A stretch of DNA of 64,000 nucleotides from Octopus vulgaris (lineage: Eukaryota), in NCBI GenBank assembly GCA_951406725.2, contig OX597824.1, positions 67,332,001 through 67,396,000 on the forward strand. The letters run 5' to 3'. Both the position numbers and the translations under genes were made by a program. The notes beneath the pieces are model-generated. The model worked only from the letters and a program-made list of their open reading frames with translations. It was not told the DNA's origin and did not search any database. Shown here piece after piece: positions 49,291-61,281 of the stretch (its first letter is position 1; every line of letters begins with the position of its first letter).

Positions 49291-51579
49291 ACTAATAGTA
49301 ATGTACTCAGGCGCACTACAACTCTCTGGAAAAGATTAGAGGAGGGGACAGAAAGAAGTCATAAGAAAGGCAATTGTAGTACAGAGAAAAGCACCATGAG
49401 ACAGAGAAATGAACAGTAAAAGAGCGTTAAAGAAGATAAAGCGCTTAGGTATTAGAAGGCTATAGTTAGTTAAAACAATATTTTCATGATATTGTACAGA
49501 GAATCTAGATAAATATACTGTAGTAACATATAGCACACCTCTGTTAATACTGATAATGTAAAGCAGCGTAACATGGCGGATATTGTAGAATGCCACACGA
49601 AATGCTATACAGCTTTGCCCGACAACGCTGTGAACTCTAATCCCGAAGAGGACTACTTATTGTTAAGGCAGTGAGCTGGCGGAATCGTTAGCATACCACG
49701 CAAAATGCTAAGCGACATTTGTCTGTCTTTATGCCCAGAGTTCACATTCCGCTGAGGTCTATGTTCCTTTCATCCTTTCGGAGTCTATAAAATAAGTACC
49801 AGTTGAACCCTGGAGTTAATGTAATCGAATTACCCCTCCTCCGAATTTGTTGGACATGTGCAAAAATCTAAAAATCAGTATTAATAATGGATGTGTAATG
49901 TTTGTGTCCATGAGAGAAAATTTGGATATCAGAGGAATCAGAAGTAATATACAAGAAAAATGATGGTATGGACATATGATGTATACAGAAGATAACAACT
50001 GTATAAAGAAGTATAGGATACTCAAAGATGATAGAACCTCTGAAAGGAGATGACCTCAGAAGTCATAGGGTGAAGTGTTGATTGATCTCAGAAAGCTGAG
50101 CCACATAAAAGAAATGACAAAGTATTACAAGGACTACAATATGCCAGAGAAAATCCTCACCTGTTTAAATAGGATGCATTGATCATTAAAAGGATAGCAG
50201 TGATGCAGGCTGAAAGGTGCATATGACATTTAAGCTTATTACCTAAAATATTCCTGTTAACCCTTTAGCCTTCAGATTACTGTCATATGTAATGCTTATC
50301 AATTCACATGGTTTTGGACTAATCATACTTTATCTCATAACTTGGAGATTTTAATGTGATTATTTTTAGAATAATATTGCAGGGTAGGTGTGATAGACCA
50401 GCTAGTTTGAATAGAAGATTTGAGTGGCATATTTGCAAACATTCAGACCAGGACTCTTGTTACAGAATTTTAGTTCTTTCTAGCAAATGGAGGTTCTGAA
50501 AAAGCCCATAGGTGTCCCTATTTCTCCTCTAAGCTGGCAAAAGAGTTTTCTAAATGTAAAAATCATCCACTGAGAGTGGAAACTGCATAGCAGAGTCGAT
50601 TGGCTGAGGGATTACGTCTCGTACACAAATTTACTACACCAGCCTAATTTCTTTTAAGAGAGGAAAATATTAAGAATTTTTCTTTTTGAATTAAAAGGTG
50701 GTGTATACGATTGATTTTGCGATATATTCCTAGAATTTAGTAGAAACGTAGGAAGCAATGAAAAAAAAAACAAAAGAAACACTAAGCAAAAGACAACCAG
50801 AAGCATTTGAATCAAGATGCCGAGACAATCACAGTAAAGCTTTTAATCGTGTTCTCTAAAGCATTCATACATATTTAAGTCAATCAGAAAACCTTTTTGT
50901 ACAACAACCAGTCATATCTCCCTCAAACCGCATCCTACCGTCTTAAAAACCGGTCAGATATATTACTAGATACTCCCCCCCCAAAAAGTGGGAATGCCCT
51001 TCATTTTAAATCACAGTGTAAGGAAACAATTGGGGAAAAAGTGGGACGGGATTATGGTACTTAGTTTGCTTTGGCGCTTTGTCCTCAATAATTAGCAAGA
51101 GTGGGAAATTGAAGTACAAGGACATCATTTCTCAGTGGGAATATCATTCGATATAAATAGGGTTCTAGTATATCACTGGCATTTATGTGACGCAAGTCCT
51201 GAAGAAGAATAAAACAACAACTGTCTCCGGTTGGAGTTGAACTCTGAATAGGAAGTCAAGGAATTAAATTCTGCACATCTTTTCGCCATCTCCATCCCAT
51301 AGAGATTATAAAGAAACTTGAAGTAGTGGGCAGCCAGTCTTTTTTCTTTTTATTATGTAAAACATTGCAACAATATATATTTTAGGGTGAGTAAAAATAA
51401 TATATATGTAAACAATTTCCGAGTTAGACAAACATTGTAGCAAGACTAAAGTGTCTAATAAATATTGTAAAAACTGCTACAAGTTTGTTTGAAACGTCAC
51501 TCAATATATGTTATTATTTAGGTTATTTGCGAGTCAAGATTTAATTACACAGAAAAAAATGTTGCACTTCAACGTGGAT

Positions 51580-52404
51580 TCAGAAATAATTCCTAGTGTA
51601 ACATCGAACTGTGAATAGTTCGTATAAAAGCAAAACAAGAATACCAAGTGTGAAGAGAATAGATACGGTGGTAAAGCAAAAAGCGACCTGAGATAGTAGC
51701 TTATTGCACAGATATAGGCGACTGTCTATGATAACAGCAGTGGCGATATAGAAAACAGTGGCGGCGAAGTAAACAGCATCTTTCACAAGAGGTCGTGGTT
51801 CGTGCTGAATCCATATTATGTGACAGATGTTTGGTATCACAGCGCTTAGGAATAACAGAACATAGCCTATTTGTATGGCGTTCCATGAAGCAATACCCAA
51901 ACAAGCAGAAATTCCAGCAGATTGATAAGAAATGCAAATGATCGCAATGGCATTGACCAGCAGAATGCCGAACAAGAACCACATTAACGAATTCACGGTT
52001 TCCGCAAAAGCCATCATTTGAGGGGTCATCCTGTAGAAAGAGGAATCATCGTCAGGCGTTTCACTCGAATAAGTAGGCCGAGGTGGTAGTCTGGCTCTAT
52101 GACTGCTGGTGGATGGCTTGCAGACGTCAATACCATGATCATATGGCGGTGGAGGCGGTAGTGTGGATCCATAATTGCTAGTGGATGGCTTGCTGACGTC
52201 AACACAATAGTCAGGCGTGCTCATTACCCAGACATTCATGCGTTCTGCGTCGTAATAACGGTCATTGTCCATATCACTGAGATTTTCTGGGAAAAGTACA
52301 ACACCAGGACGGCCATCTGAGTGTCCTTGATCTTGTTGCGAAGGATGAAGAGGGTCCGTTTCAATGGGAGTTTCTACCGAACGTATACTGCCCGCTTCTG
52401 CCAT
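51580..52404 (-). CDS. Four-transmembrane MARVEL-like protein (274 aa) with N-terminal PPxY motif, single coding exon
   Basis: Intact ORF of non-repetitive sequence. ATG in ATTATGG context, upstream acceptor ttgcttgcag near 52492, four hydrophobic helices in the C-terminal half, minus-strand AATAAA at 51349-51354. The family assignment is inference. Confidence 0.75.
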   Translation of the reverse strand: MAEAGSIRSVETPIETDPLHPSQQDQGHSDGRPGVVLFPENLSDMDNDRYYDAERMNVWVMSTPDYCVDVSKPSTSNYGSTLPPPPPYDHGIDVCKPSTSSHRARLPPRPTYSSETPDDDSSFYRMTPQMMAFAETVNSLMWFLFGILLVNAIAIICISYQSAGISACLGIASWNAIQIGYVLLFLSAVIPNICHIIWIQHEPRPLVKDAVYFAATVFYIATAVIIDSRLYLCNKLLSQVAFCFTTVSILFTLGILVLLLYELFTVRCYTRNYF

Positions 52405-52962
52405 AATGTCTAAAGTTTTGCCTGCCTCAGTTAATATGCCCCTTCGTCTACTAACTTTCTGCTGTTTCGCTTTGGTCAAATATTTTATCTACTGCAAGCA
52501 ACAGATATAAATACGTATTTAAAGACAGAATAAAAGAATCAGATATCAGAAATAATTTAAATATTAAAAGTGTGATGGACTCGAAGAAAAGAATAAGAAA
52601 TATATAACGATAATATGAAATCATTAAATGATAATATATAAAAAAAAGCCCATTTAGTTGTAGTAAAGTTTACTACAAGTTCCATTCTGAACAACGGTTC
52701 TGACACATAAAAAAAATGTTTCTGACGTAAATGTAGTGACAAACATACACATACAGTGTAGGAATGAATAGTGTGTGTGTGTGTGTGTGCGTAGCAGAGA
52801 TGGGACATAGGAAGCGAAACATACTTGTCAAAATATGGTAGAGAACTGTAGAAAAAGACCTGGCTGGCGTTGGCCTGGCTTGGTAGTAGAGTATGACAGG
52901 GCTTGCAACCGTGTTGGGTGGGGATCTATCGCTACTCAATGCTCCATAAACAGCTGGACGAA

Positions 52963-53038
<76 letters not shown>

Positions 53039-53067
53039 ATAATGAGTGTGTGTATGTACTTTCTAAA

Positions 53068-53185
53068 ATCTCTGACGAAGCCTAGAGAAACACCCAAGTA
53101 CCTCAATTTCATCTTATTTCAGTCTACTGGAGTGATAAAGGTAGAATGAGTTATTTTTGTCTCTTGTCTGAAACAGCTGTAAGAT
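53068..53185 (+). ncRNA. Type I hammerhead motif with elongated stem II and palindromic stem III
   Basis: ATCT-CTGACGA-AG...CT-GAAA-CAGCTG-TA-AGAT. Confidence 0.6.
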
Positions 53186-53232
53186 ATTTTCCCAATTTCT
53201 ATTCCTGTATGTTATATCTTTTAATAATTACT

Positions 53233-53294
<62 letters not shown>

Positions 53295-53481
53295 AGTGTG
53301 TGTGTGTGTGTGTGTGTGTAAAGCATAATATGTTATACATGTATGTATATTGTTGTTATTATTGCTGTAATTGTCATTTTAGTAAATAAATAAATAGACA
53401 TAATATAATGTCTAAAAGTTGATGAATACCACCTATTGATCCCTTCCATTTTCTTATTGTTCTTTCTTTCTCTCTCTCTCT

Positions 53482-53532
<51 letters not shown>

Positions 53533-53611
53533 GCACTGCTTTATTTTGAGATTGCTAATATTAACAATACTCGCAAATAAATTGTATTTCTGTATTTGCA
53601 TTGAGTGAAAA

Positions 53612-53693
53612 CATCCTGATGAGGGGAGTGTCATTTTAAAAAATATAAAGTATATCATATTACTTGGCACGTCTCTGAAACGGCTCGTAGATG
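53612..53693 (+). ncRNA. Type I hammerhead ribozyme motif
   Basis: CATC-CTGATGA-[GGGGAGTGTCA...TGGCACGTCTCT]-GAAA-CG(GCT)CG-TA-GATG; all three helices pair. Confidence 0.75.
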
Positions 53694-53905
53694 GTATTTA
53701 AAAAATTTTTGTAGTTTTTCGTGGTATTTTAGTACGTCCTTTTAATGTTTTATCACCTCAAATTTTATCATACCAATGTAACTTTTAAATCTAAAGTTCA
53801 CTGTGTTTTATGTATCATATCGATAGTTATCTATTTATATGTATTTTTATATTTATATATTTGGAATTTTTATATCAGGTTTATATCAGTTTTATAAATG
53901 TAGAA

Positions 53906-53956
<51 letters not shown>

Positions 53957-54026
53957 ATTTTGTGTGTGGTTATTAATTATGTTCCTTTAGTTTCCGCTTG
54001 CATTGCCTCCACTAAGATTATTAAAC

Positions 54027-54074
<48 letters not shown>

Positions 54075-54389
54075 TATACATGCTATAATGGAAAGGGCTG
54101 CTTATTAATTAGGTATGTAACAATTACCAAAAGTACTAAAAGAAAGCAATTATTAAAGTGTTGACCGTCCGGAAATAATTTTTATAAATTCATGTTCTAA
54201 GAAATTTGTATCTTTATTGCCTACAAGGGGCCGACAAAGAGGGGACAAACAAACATGTGGGGACATAGAACAATAAAAAGAAAAGTATAAAAAACGTATG
54301 ATATAATGAATAGTGATGAAAATGATAAATGAAAATAAGCTCCTTGCCCCACCTCAAATTGCCCCACCTTTTACAATTTGTCTCTTTAT

Positions 54390-57121
54390 ATCTATTGAGG
54401 ATTTCTCCTAGACGTTAGCCATCAAGACGGTGCTTGGCCGATAGGCTGTATTTCTTGTCTTCACCTATCGTTTCAAATTACATTTGTTTACTTTCGTACG
54501 TGCACCCTGTATTGTCTTGTTTGCTAGAACCCTAATTCTCCGCAAATTTTGCTGGTGCCGCCGATATACGAAGTTCCCAGTCTTATTGTCAAAGGCACGA
54601 AACTGAGTATTAGTATTTTTGGTCGATAAATGATGAAGAATTAGAGTCCTTTGTGTCTGTTTTAGGCGTACGTATTCTCGTATTTAATGCATTTTTTCAT
54701 TTATTGAGTAACTGAACGCTGTGAAGGCGCCTGGCTTAGTGGTTAGGGCATTCGACCGACGATTGTAAGGTCGTGAGTTCGATTCCCGGCGATGTGTTGT
54801 GTCCTTGAGCAAGACACTTTATTTCACGTTGCTCCAGTCCACTCAGCTGGCAAAAATGAGTTGTACCTGTATTTCAAAGGGCCGGCCTTGTCACACTCTG
54901 TGTCACGATGAATCTCCCTGAGAACTACGTTAGGGGTACACGTGTCTGTGGATTGCTCAGTCACTTGCACGTTAATTCCACGAGCAGGCTGTTCCGTTGA
55001 TCGTATCAGCTGGGACCCTCGTCGTCGTAACCGACGGAGTGCTCCTATATAACTGAACGCTACGCATTCCGGCTTTTGTTAACAGAGTTTTATATATTTT
55101 TTGCGACTCTATATTTTTTTCTCTCTCTCTCTTGCTCATATTCATTTTCTAGGATCCCTATTTCCTCACTCCCTCTCTCTCACCTTCTCACTCTTAAATG
55201 TAGACTTTGTCCCTTCCTTCCTTCCCTGTTCTCTCTATCGCTCTCATTTATCCCCCTTCCCTTCTATCTACTGCTCACACGTTACCCGTGTCTAATTTCA
55301 TCATCTCTGCCTTTTCGACACCGGACGCCTAGCCTGCCGGTCAACATTTTTCTCATCTCTTACTATTTCTCTGTTTAAATCCATTGAGAACTTCTTCTAG
55401 GTGTCAGTCATCAATTTCGTGTTGCGCCGAAAGGCTTTATTCATTCTGTCTTCGTCTATCGTTTCAAACTACATTTGATTACTATCGTACGTCAACCCTG
55501 TATTGTCTTGTTTGCTGGAACCTAATTTTCCGCAAATTTTGCTGTTGCCACCGATATACGAAGTTCTCAGTTCTATCGCTAGAGGCACGAAACTGAGCAT
55601 TTGTACTTTTGGTCGATAACTGATGAAGAATTAGAGTCCTTTATGTCAGACATACGTGTACATTTTGTAGTATTTAATGCATTTTTCATCCCGACTTTTG
55701 GTAACAGTAAATTTTTATATATTTTTGTTAGTCTATTTTCTTTCTTTCTCTTTCGTCCTCCTATTTCTTTTCTAGCATCCTTACTTCCTCTCTCTCATCT
55801 TCTCACCCTTAATTGTAGACTTCCTTCCTTCCCTGTTCTTTCTGTGGCTCTCTCTCATCCTCCTTCCTTTCCACCGGATATTTAACCTGCCGGTCAGCAT
55901 TTTCTCCTCCTTTACTATTCCTCATTTTATATCCATTGAGGATTTCTTCTAGGCGTTAGACATGAACGGAGTGTTTGGCTGAAGTGCTGTATTTATCCGT
56001 CTTCGTCTATCGTTTCAAATTACATTTGCTTACTTTCGTACATCGAACCTTTATTATCTTGTTAGCTGGAACCCTAATTCTCCGCAAATATTGCGAGCGC
56101 CGCCGATATCCGAAGTTCTCGGTCTTATCGTTAAAGGCACGAAACTGAGTATTAGCACGTTTGGTCAATAACTGATGAAGAAGTAAGGTCCTTTGTATCT
56201 GTCCTACGTGTACGTTTTGTAGTATTTAATGCAGTTTTCATTTTTTGAGTAACTGAACGCCACGCATCCTGACTGTTGTTAACAGTAAGTTTTTATATAT
56301 TTTTTGCGACTTCTTTCTTTCTTTCTCTCTAGTCCTCATATTCTAGTATCCTTACTTCCTCTCCCCCCCTCTCATTCGTCTTCTCACTCTTAATTGTAGA
56401 CTTCCTTCCTTCCTTTCTTCTTTGTTCTCTCTGCCTCCCTTTCTCTCACCATCCTTCCTTACCCTCTATTGCCCAATCATGACCCGTGATTAATTTTCTC
56501 ATCTCTGCCATTTCCGCCACCGGACGTTTAGCCTCCCAGTCAACATTTTACTCTTCTCGTACTATTTTTCTTTTTATATCCATTGAGGCTTTCTTCTGTT
56601 CGTTAGCCATCAATCTGGCTTTTGGCCGAAAGGCTCTATTTATTCCGTCTTCGTCTATCGTTTCAAATTACATTTGCCTACTATCGTACGTCCAACCTAT
56701 ATTGTCTTGTTTGCTGGAACCCTAATTCTTCGTAAATTTTGCGGGTGCTGTCGATATATGAAGTTCTCAATCTTATCGTTTGAGGCACGAAACTGAGTAT
56801 TAGTATTTGTAGTCGATAACTTCCTTCCTTCCTTCCTTTCCTGTTCTCTCTGCCCCTCTCTCTCCCCCCGTTTCTCATCCTGCTTCACTTCTATCTACTG
56901 CCAACACGTGACCCGTGACTAATCTTCTCTTCTCTGCCATTTCGACACGGGACGTTTAGCCTGCCGGTCAACATTTACTGCTCTATTACTATTTCTCTTT
57001 TCATATCTATTGTACATGTGCGTTTTTTAGCATTGAATGCATTTTTCATTTATTGACTAACTGAACACCACGCACCCCTACTTTTGTTAACAGTAAGGTT
57101 TCATATATTTTTTGCAACTCT

Positions 57122-57157
<36 letters not shown>

Positions 57158-57640
57158 TTCCTCATATTCCTTTTCTAGCATCATTACTGCCTCTCTCCCT
57201 CTTTCTCGTCTTCTCACACTTAATTGTAGACTTCCTTCTTTCCTTCCTTCCCTGTTCTTTCTGTGGCTCTCTCTCATCCTCCCACCCTTCCATCTACGGC
57301 CCACACGTGACTAATTTTCTCACTTCTGCCTTTTCGCCACCGAGCGCTTAGCCTGCCAGTCAGCGTTTTTTCTCCTTTACTATTTCTCATTTTATATCCA
57401 TTGAGGATTTCTTCTAGGCGTTAGACATGAACGGAGTGTTTGTCCGAAAGGCTGTATTTATTCCGTCTTCGTCTATCGTTTCAAATTACATTTGCTTACT
57501 TTCGTACATCGAACCTGTATTATCTTGTTAGCTGGAACCCTAATTCTCCGCAAATATTGCGAGCGCCGCCGATATTCGAAGTTCTGAGTCTTATCGCTCG
57601 AGGCTCGAAACTGAAGATCAGTACTTTTGGTCGAAAACCG
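54390..57640. repeat. Degenerate tandem array of ~550-820-nt units (~5 copies) with CT-rich spacers; units carry hammerhead-like core strands
   Basis: Block tcgtttcaaattacatttg...gctggaaccctaattctccgcaaa...ggcacgaaactgag recurs, with the core starting at 54576, 55566, 56118, 56766 and 57584. Confidence 0.9.
54721..55049 (+). mobile_element. Full-length tRNA-derived SINE (family C) inserted into the tandem array
   Basis: Perfect 12-bp TSD TAACTGAACGCT at 54709-54720 and 55050-55061; tRNA-like head tggcttagtgg...gagttcgattcc. Confidence 0.9.
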
Positions 57641-59040
57641 ACTTCACACATCAACAAAATCATGGAACAGATTCTCTGAGGGAAAGAAATCGCATTCCTT
57701 GAAGAAAACGACTTGCTGAGTGATACCCAGCACGGCTTTCGACCAGGTGGGAGCTACCTGACCTAGCTCTTACATCACTATGACTGGGTTTTGAGGCTGT
57801 TACTCGATAACTCAAATGTGGATATAATATACCTTGACTTTGCAAAAGCTTTTGATAAAGTGGATCATGGTATGATATGCCACAAACTGCGTGATCTCAG
57901 CGTAGCTGGAAAACTTGAAGAGTGCTTACATGACTTTCTGAGAGATAGAAGTCAATCAGCAGCGACCAATGGAACCACCTCAATGAAAACACAAATAGTG
58001 AGCGGTGTACCACAGGGCACTGTCTTGGGACCCCTAATTTTCATAGTGGCCTTCTCAGATATGCCCTCAGCTGCTCGGATAGCCACCCTTGCTAGCTACG
58101 AAGACGATACGAAAGTCTCGCAGAAAATACTGAACCCTTGCGATGTTGCACACCTGCAGCAGGAGTTGGACTCAATTTACAGATGGGCTGAGGACAATAA
58201 TATGCAGTTTAATCCAAGCCTTGAGCAACCAGCGTCCAAAATTGAATATAAAACTTACAAGGTCCACTGGTCCACAGAGGATTACAATCCCAGAGCCTAA
58301 ATTAGTTAGGAACTTGGGTGTTGACATGAGTGATGATATATCTTTCCAAGTGCACATTACCAAGATGGCGACAAAGTGCAGACGACTGGCTATGTAGATC
58401 CTGAGAATGTTTAGAACCAGAGAGAAGGAAACCATGATGGTCCTCTGGAGGACATTCGTCCTCAGCCGCCTGGATTACTGCTCACAGCAGTGTAAAATTA
58501 ACAACAGACCTTGAAGCAATTCAGCAAAGTTTCACAAAGAAGATTGTCTCATTGCAACTGCTCAGTTACTGGGAAAGGCTGAAAAAGCAAAGACTCTACT
58601 CCTTAGAGCGAAGGCAGGAGAGGTATGCAGTAATATACATCTGAAAGATCCTGGAAGAAATTGTGCCAAATTTTGGCATTGAAAGCTACACCAATGCTAG
58701 AACGGGTCGACACTGCACAGTGCCAAAGATCCCAGCAATGCCATCGCGCTTCAGGACCAGTTACTGCAACAGCCTGGGTTTCAGGGGACCACAGCTTTTA
58801 ATATTCTTCCAAAGAGCTTGAGGGACCTACACAAAGTGGATCTGGGTGTTTTCAAATCAAAACTGGACCTCTCCCTGTCGAGAGTCCCAGACGAACCTAC
58901 CTCGCAGCAAGAGGTACAAATGAGGGTAGCGTCAATCAAACTCCCTTATTCACCAAATGCCACATATTAGAGGAGGCTCTCAATAAAAGCAGTGTAGCAA
59001 ATCGGTGGTGCCCCAGCATGGCCATAGCTCTGAGCTGAAA
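57640..59040 (+). mobile_element. 5'-truncated CR1/Jockey-group LINE (RT pseudogene)
   Basis: QHGFRPG, IYLDFAKAFDKVDH, SGVPQGTVLGPLIF, YEDD (degenerate YADD), VRNLGV; frameshifts. Confidence 0.9.
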
Positions 59041-59049
59041 GTATATACA

Positions 59050-59131
<82 letters not shown>

Positions 59132-59135
59132 TATA

Positions 59136-60111
59136 TAGAGGTTGGACAAAATAATGGTATCACCTAGCATCATAATTCTGAAATATCTATAAAACCGTCA
59201 AATGCTTGTTTATTCTTATGTTTTTTGATTTATGATTAGTGTTGCTTTAATATGTTTTGATAAAATTGCTGTTTCTTTTCAGACATCTTCAGAAAAAGGT
59301 AATTAAAATTCATAAAAATGACAGATCTATCGGACTTTCAAAGAGGTCAAATTGTTAGTGCTCGTATAGCAGCCGAAATGTTTAGTGTATCAAGGAGTAC
59401 TGTCTTTGAGAAAGAGGGTAAAACCTCCTCGTCAAAACAAAACTCCGGAAACCAAAACTTTCAGATAGGGACCGTAGAATTGGTCCATAGAGCAGTGAAA
59501 GAATGTTATTTTCTCGGACAAGCCATCCTTTACCTTATTTCCGACCACCGGCCGAGTATACGTGTGGAGACAGCCAAAAGAAACATTTGACCCAGACTGC
59601 CTTCTTCCAACTGTTAAACATGGAGGAGAATCTGTGATGATCGGAGATGGGGTATATCTTGGAAATCCGCCAGCCCAATGGATTCCCTTCACGGTATAAT
59701 TAATACTCAAGACTATTTAAGCATTTTATCTGATCAAATTCATCCTATGGAGGGAAACGCAATCTATCACCAATTCACACAGCTAAAATTGTTACTGAAT
59801 GGCACGAGGAACATTCTAGTGAAGTTGAACATCTTATCTGGGCACCACAGTCCCTAGATCTCAATATTATTGAACATTTATGGTGCATTTTATAAAAACA
59901 AGTAAGGAGTCGATATCCTCCACCATCATCACTACAAGAACTGGAGACTGTTTTAACTGATAAATGGAGAACAATTCTTTTGGAAACAATTCAAACTTTG
60001 TACGAGTCCATACCTCGTAGAATTGAAGCTGTAATTACTGCGGTCCTACCCCATATCAAAATAAATTTGTTTGAAATTTTAAGGTGCTTCCATTATTTTG
60101 TCCAACCCCTG
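59136..60111 (+). mobile_element. Internally deleted Tc1-like transposon
   Basis: TIRs ggttggacaaaataatgg / ccattattttgtccaacc; MTDLSDFQRGQIV, PTVKHGG, WAPQSLDLNIIEHLW. Confidence 0.88.
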
Positions 60112-60118
60112 TGTGTGT

Positions 60119-60165
<47 letters not shown>

Positions 60166-60512
60166 TATATATATATATATATACATATACGAATATGTAT
60201 ATATATATATATACACATATATATATCACGTGATCACGTGACCGACCAGACCATCAAATGTTGTTACACATCGCTGGTCACAATGCGTTCGCATTGTTTT
60301 AGCCTTTGAATGACGTCACCCCGCTGGCTAAGCGAGCAGGCTAACAGAAGAAAGAGTGGGAGAAAGAGTGGTGAAAGAGTACAGCAGGGATCACCACCCC
60401 CTGCCGGAGCCTCGTGGAGCTTTTAGGCGTTTTCGCTCAATAAACACTCACATCGAAACCGCGATCCTACGACCGCGAGTCCGCTGCCCTAACCACTGGG
60501 CCATTGCACCTC

Positions 60513-60548
<36 letters not shown>

Positions 60549-60656
60549 ATAGAAATATTAAAATTACTAAGCACTCATATGTATATATATATGTTGTATT
60601 GTGGGTACGCACCCACACCCATGTGGGTATATATGTAGACTGAGTTATATTACATA

Positions 60657-60783
60657 ATCTCCGAAGAGGCCTTGTGATATTTTTGTTAATATCTTATTTA
60701 TATCTATATATTGACCAACCATAAAGGGCTAATATTGGTAAAATGAAGCATAATTATCGACATGGCCGAAACAGCTGTAAGAT
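60657..60783 (+). ncRNA. Type I hammerhead motif, core variant CCGAAGA (probably decayed)
   Basis: ATCT-CCGAAGA-GGCC...GGCC-GAAA-CAGCTG-TA-AGAT; same family as 53068. Confidence 0.6.
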
Positions 60784-61200
60784 CTAATTTATACTTATAT
60801 TTATATTTACTTGTATCTATATTCTCTTTTATATATATTCTACTTATTATACAACATTACTCTTTTACGTACACTTTTTTATTTACATTCCTTTATGTAC
60901 ACTGATTTGTTCGGCTTTTTATATTTAACCCTACAGTCTCTTATGTTGTGGTTTAATAAAGTGTGTGATTGAGTATTATCTGGTAATTGATATTTGATTT
61001 AGATGTATTTCTCCATTTTCTTATCTTTTATTAGTAATTAGTGGTAAATCATTTTACCTTTGCCCATATAATTCAGTAAATGAATTGATTGCATCGCAAT
61101 CATTAACATTTATGTATTCACTTTGTTGGGTACTTCACTAGCAGTATATTGGATATACGTTATCCCATAGAGGGTTGCACTTACAACCCCTATCTCAATT

Positions 61201-61240
<40 letters not shown>

Positions 61241-61281
61241 AATATATATATATATATATATACATATATATATGCATATAT

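Noticed and set aside
54721-54790. tRNA gene
   Set aside because: The tRNA-like head continues into a SINE body bounded by a 12-bp TSD.
56681-56888. Minus-strand ORFs of the tandem array as a coding repeat
   Set aside because: Frames are broken by stops and indels between units and I recognise no domain; a profile search is still needed to exclude this fully.
56520-56970. Twister-like motif (tagcctgccggtc) in the tandem array
   Set aside because: Lacks the following CCAAGCCC segment and pseudoknot partners.
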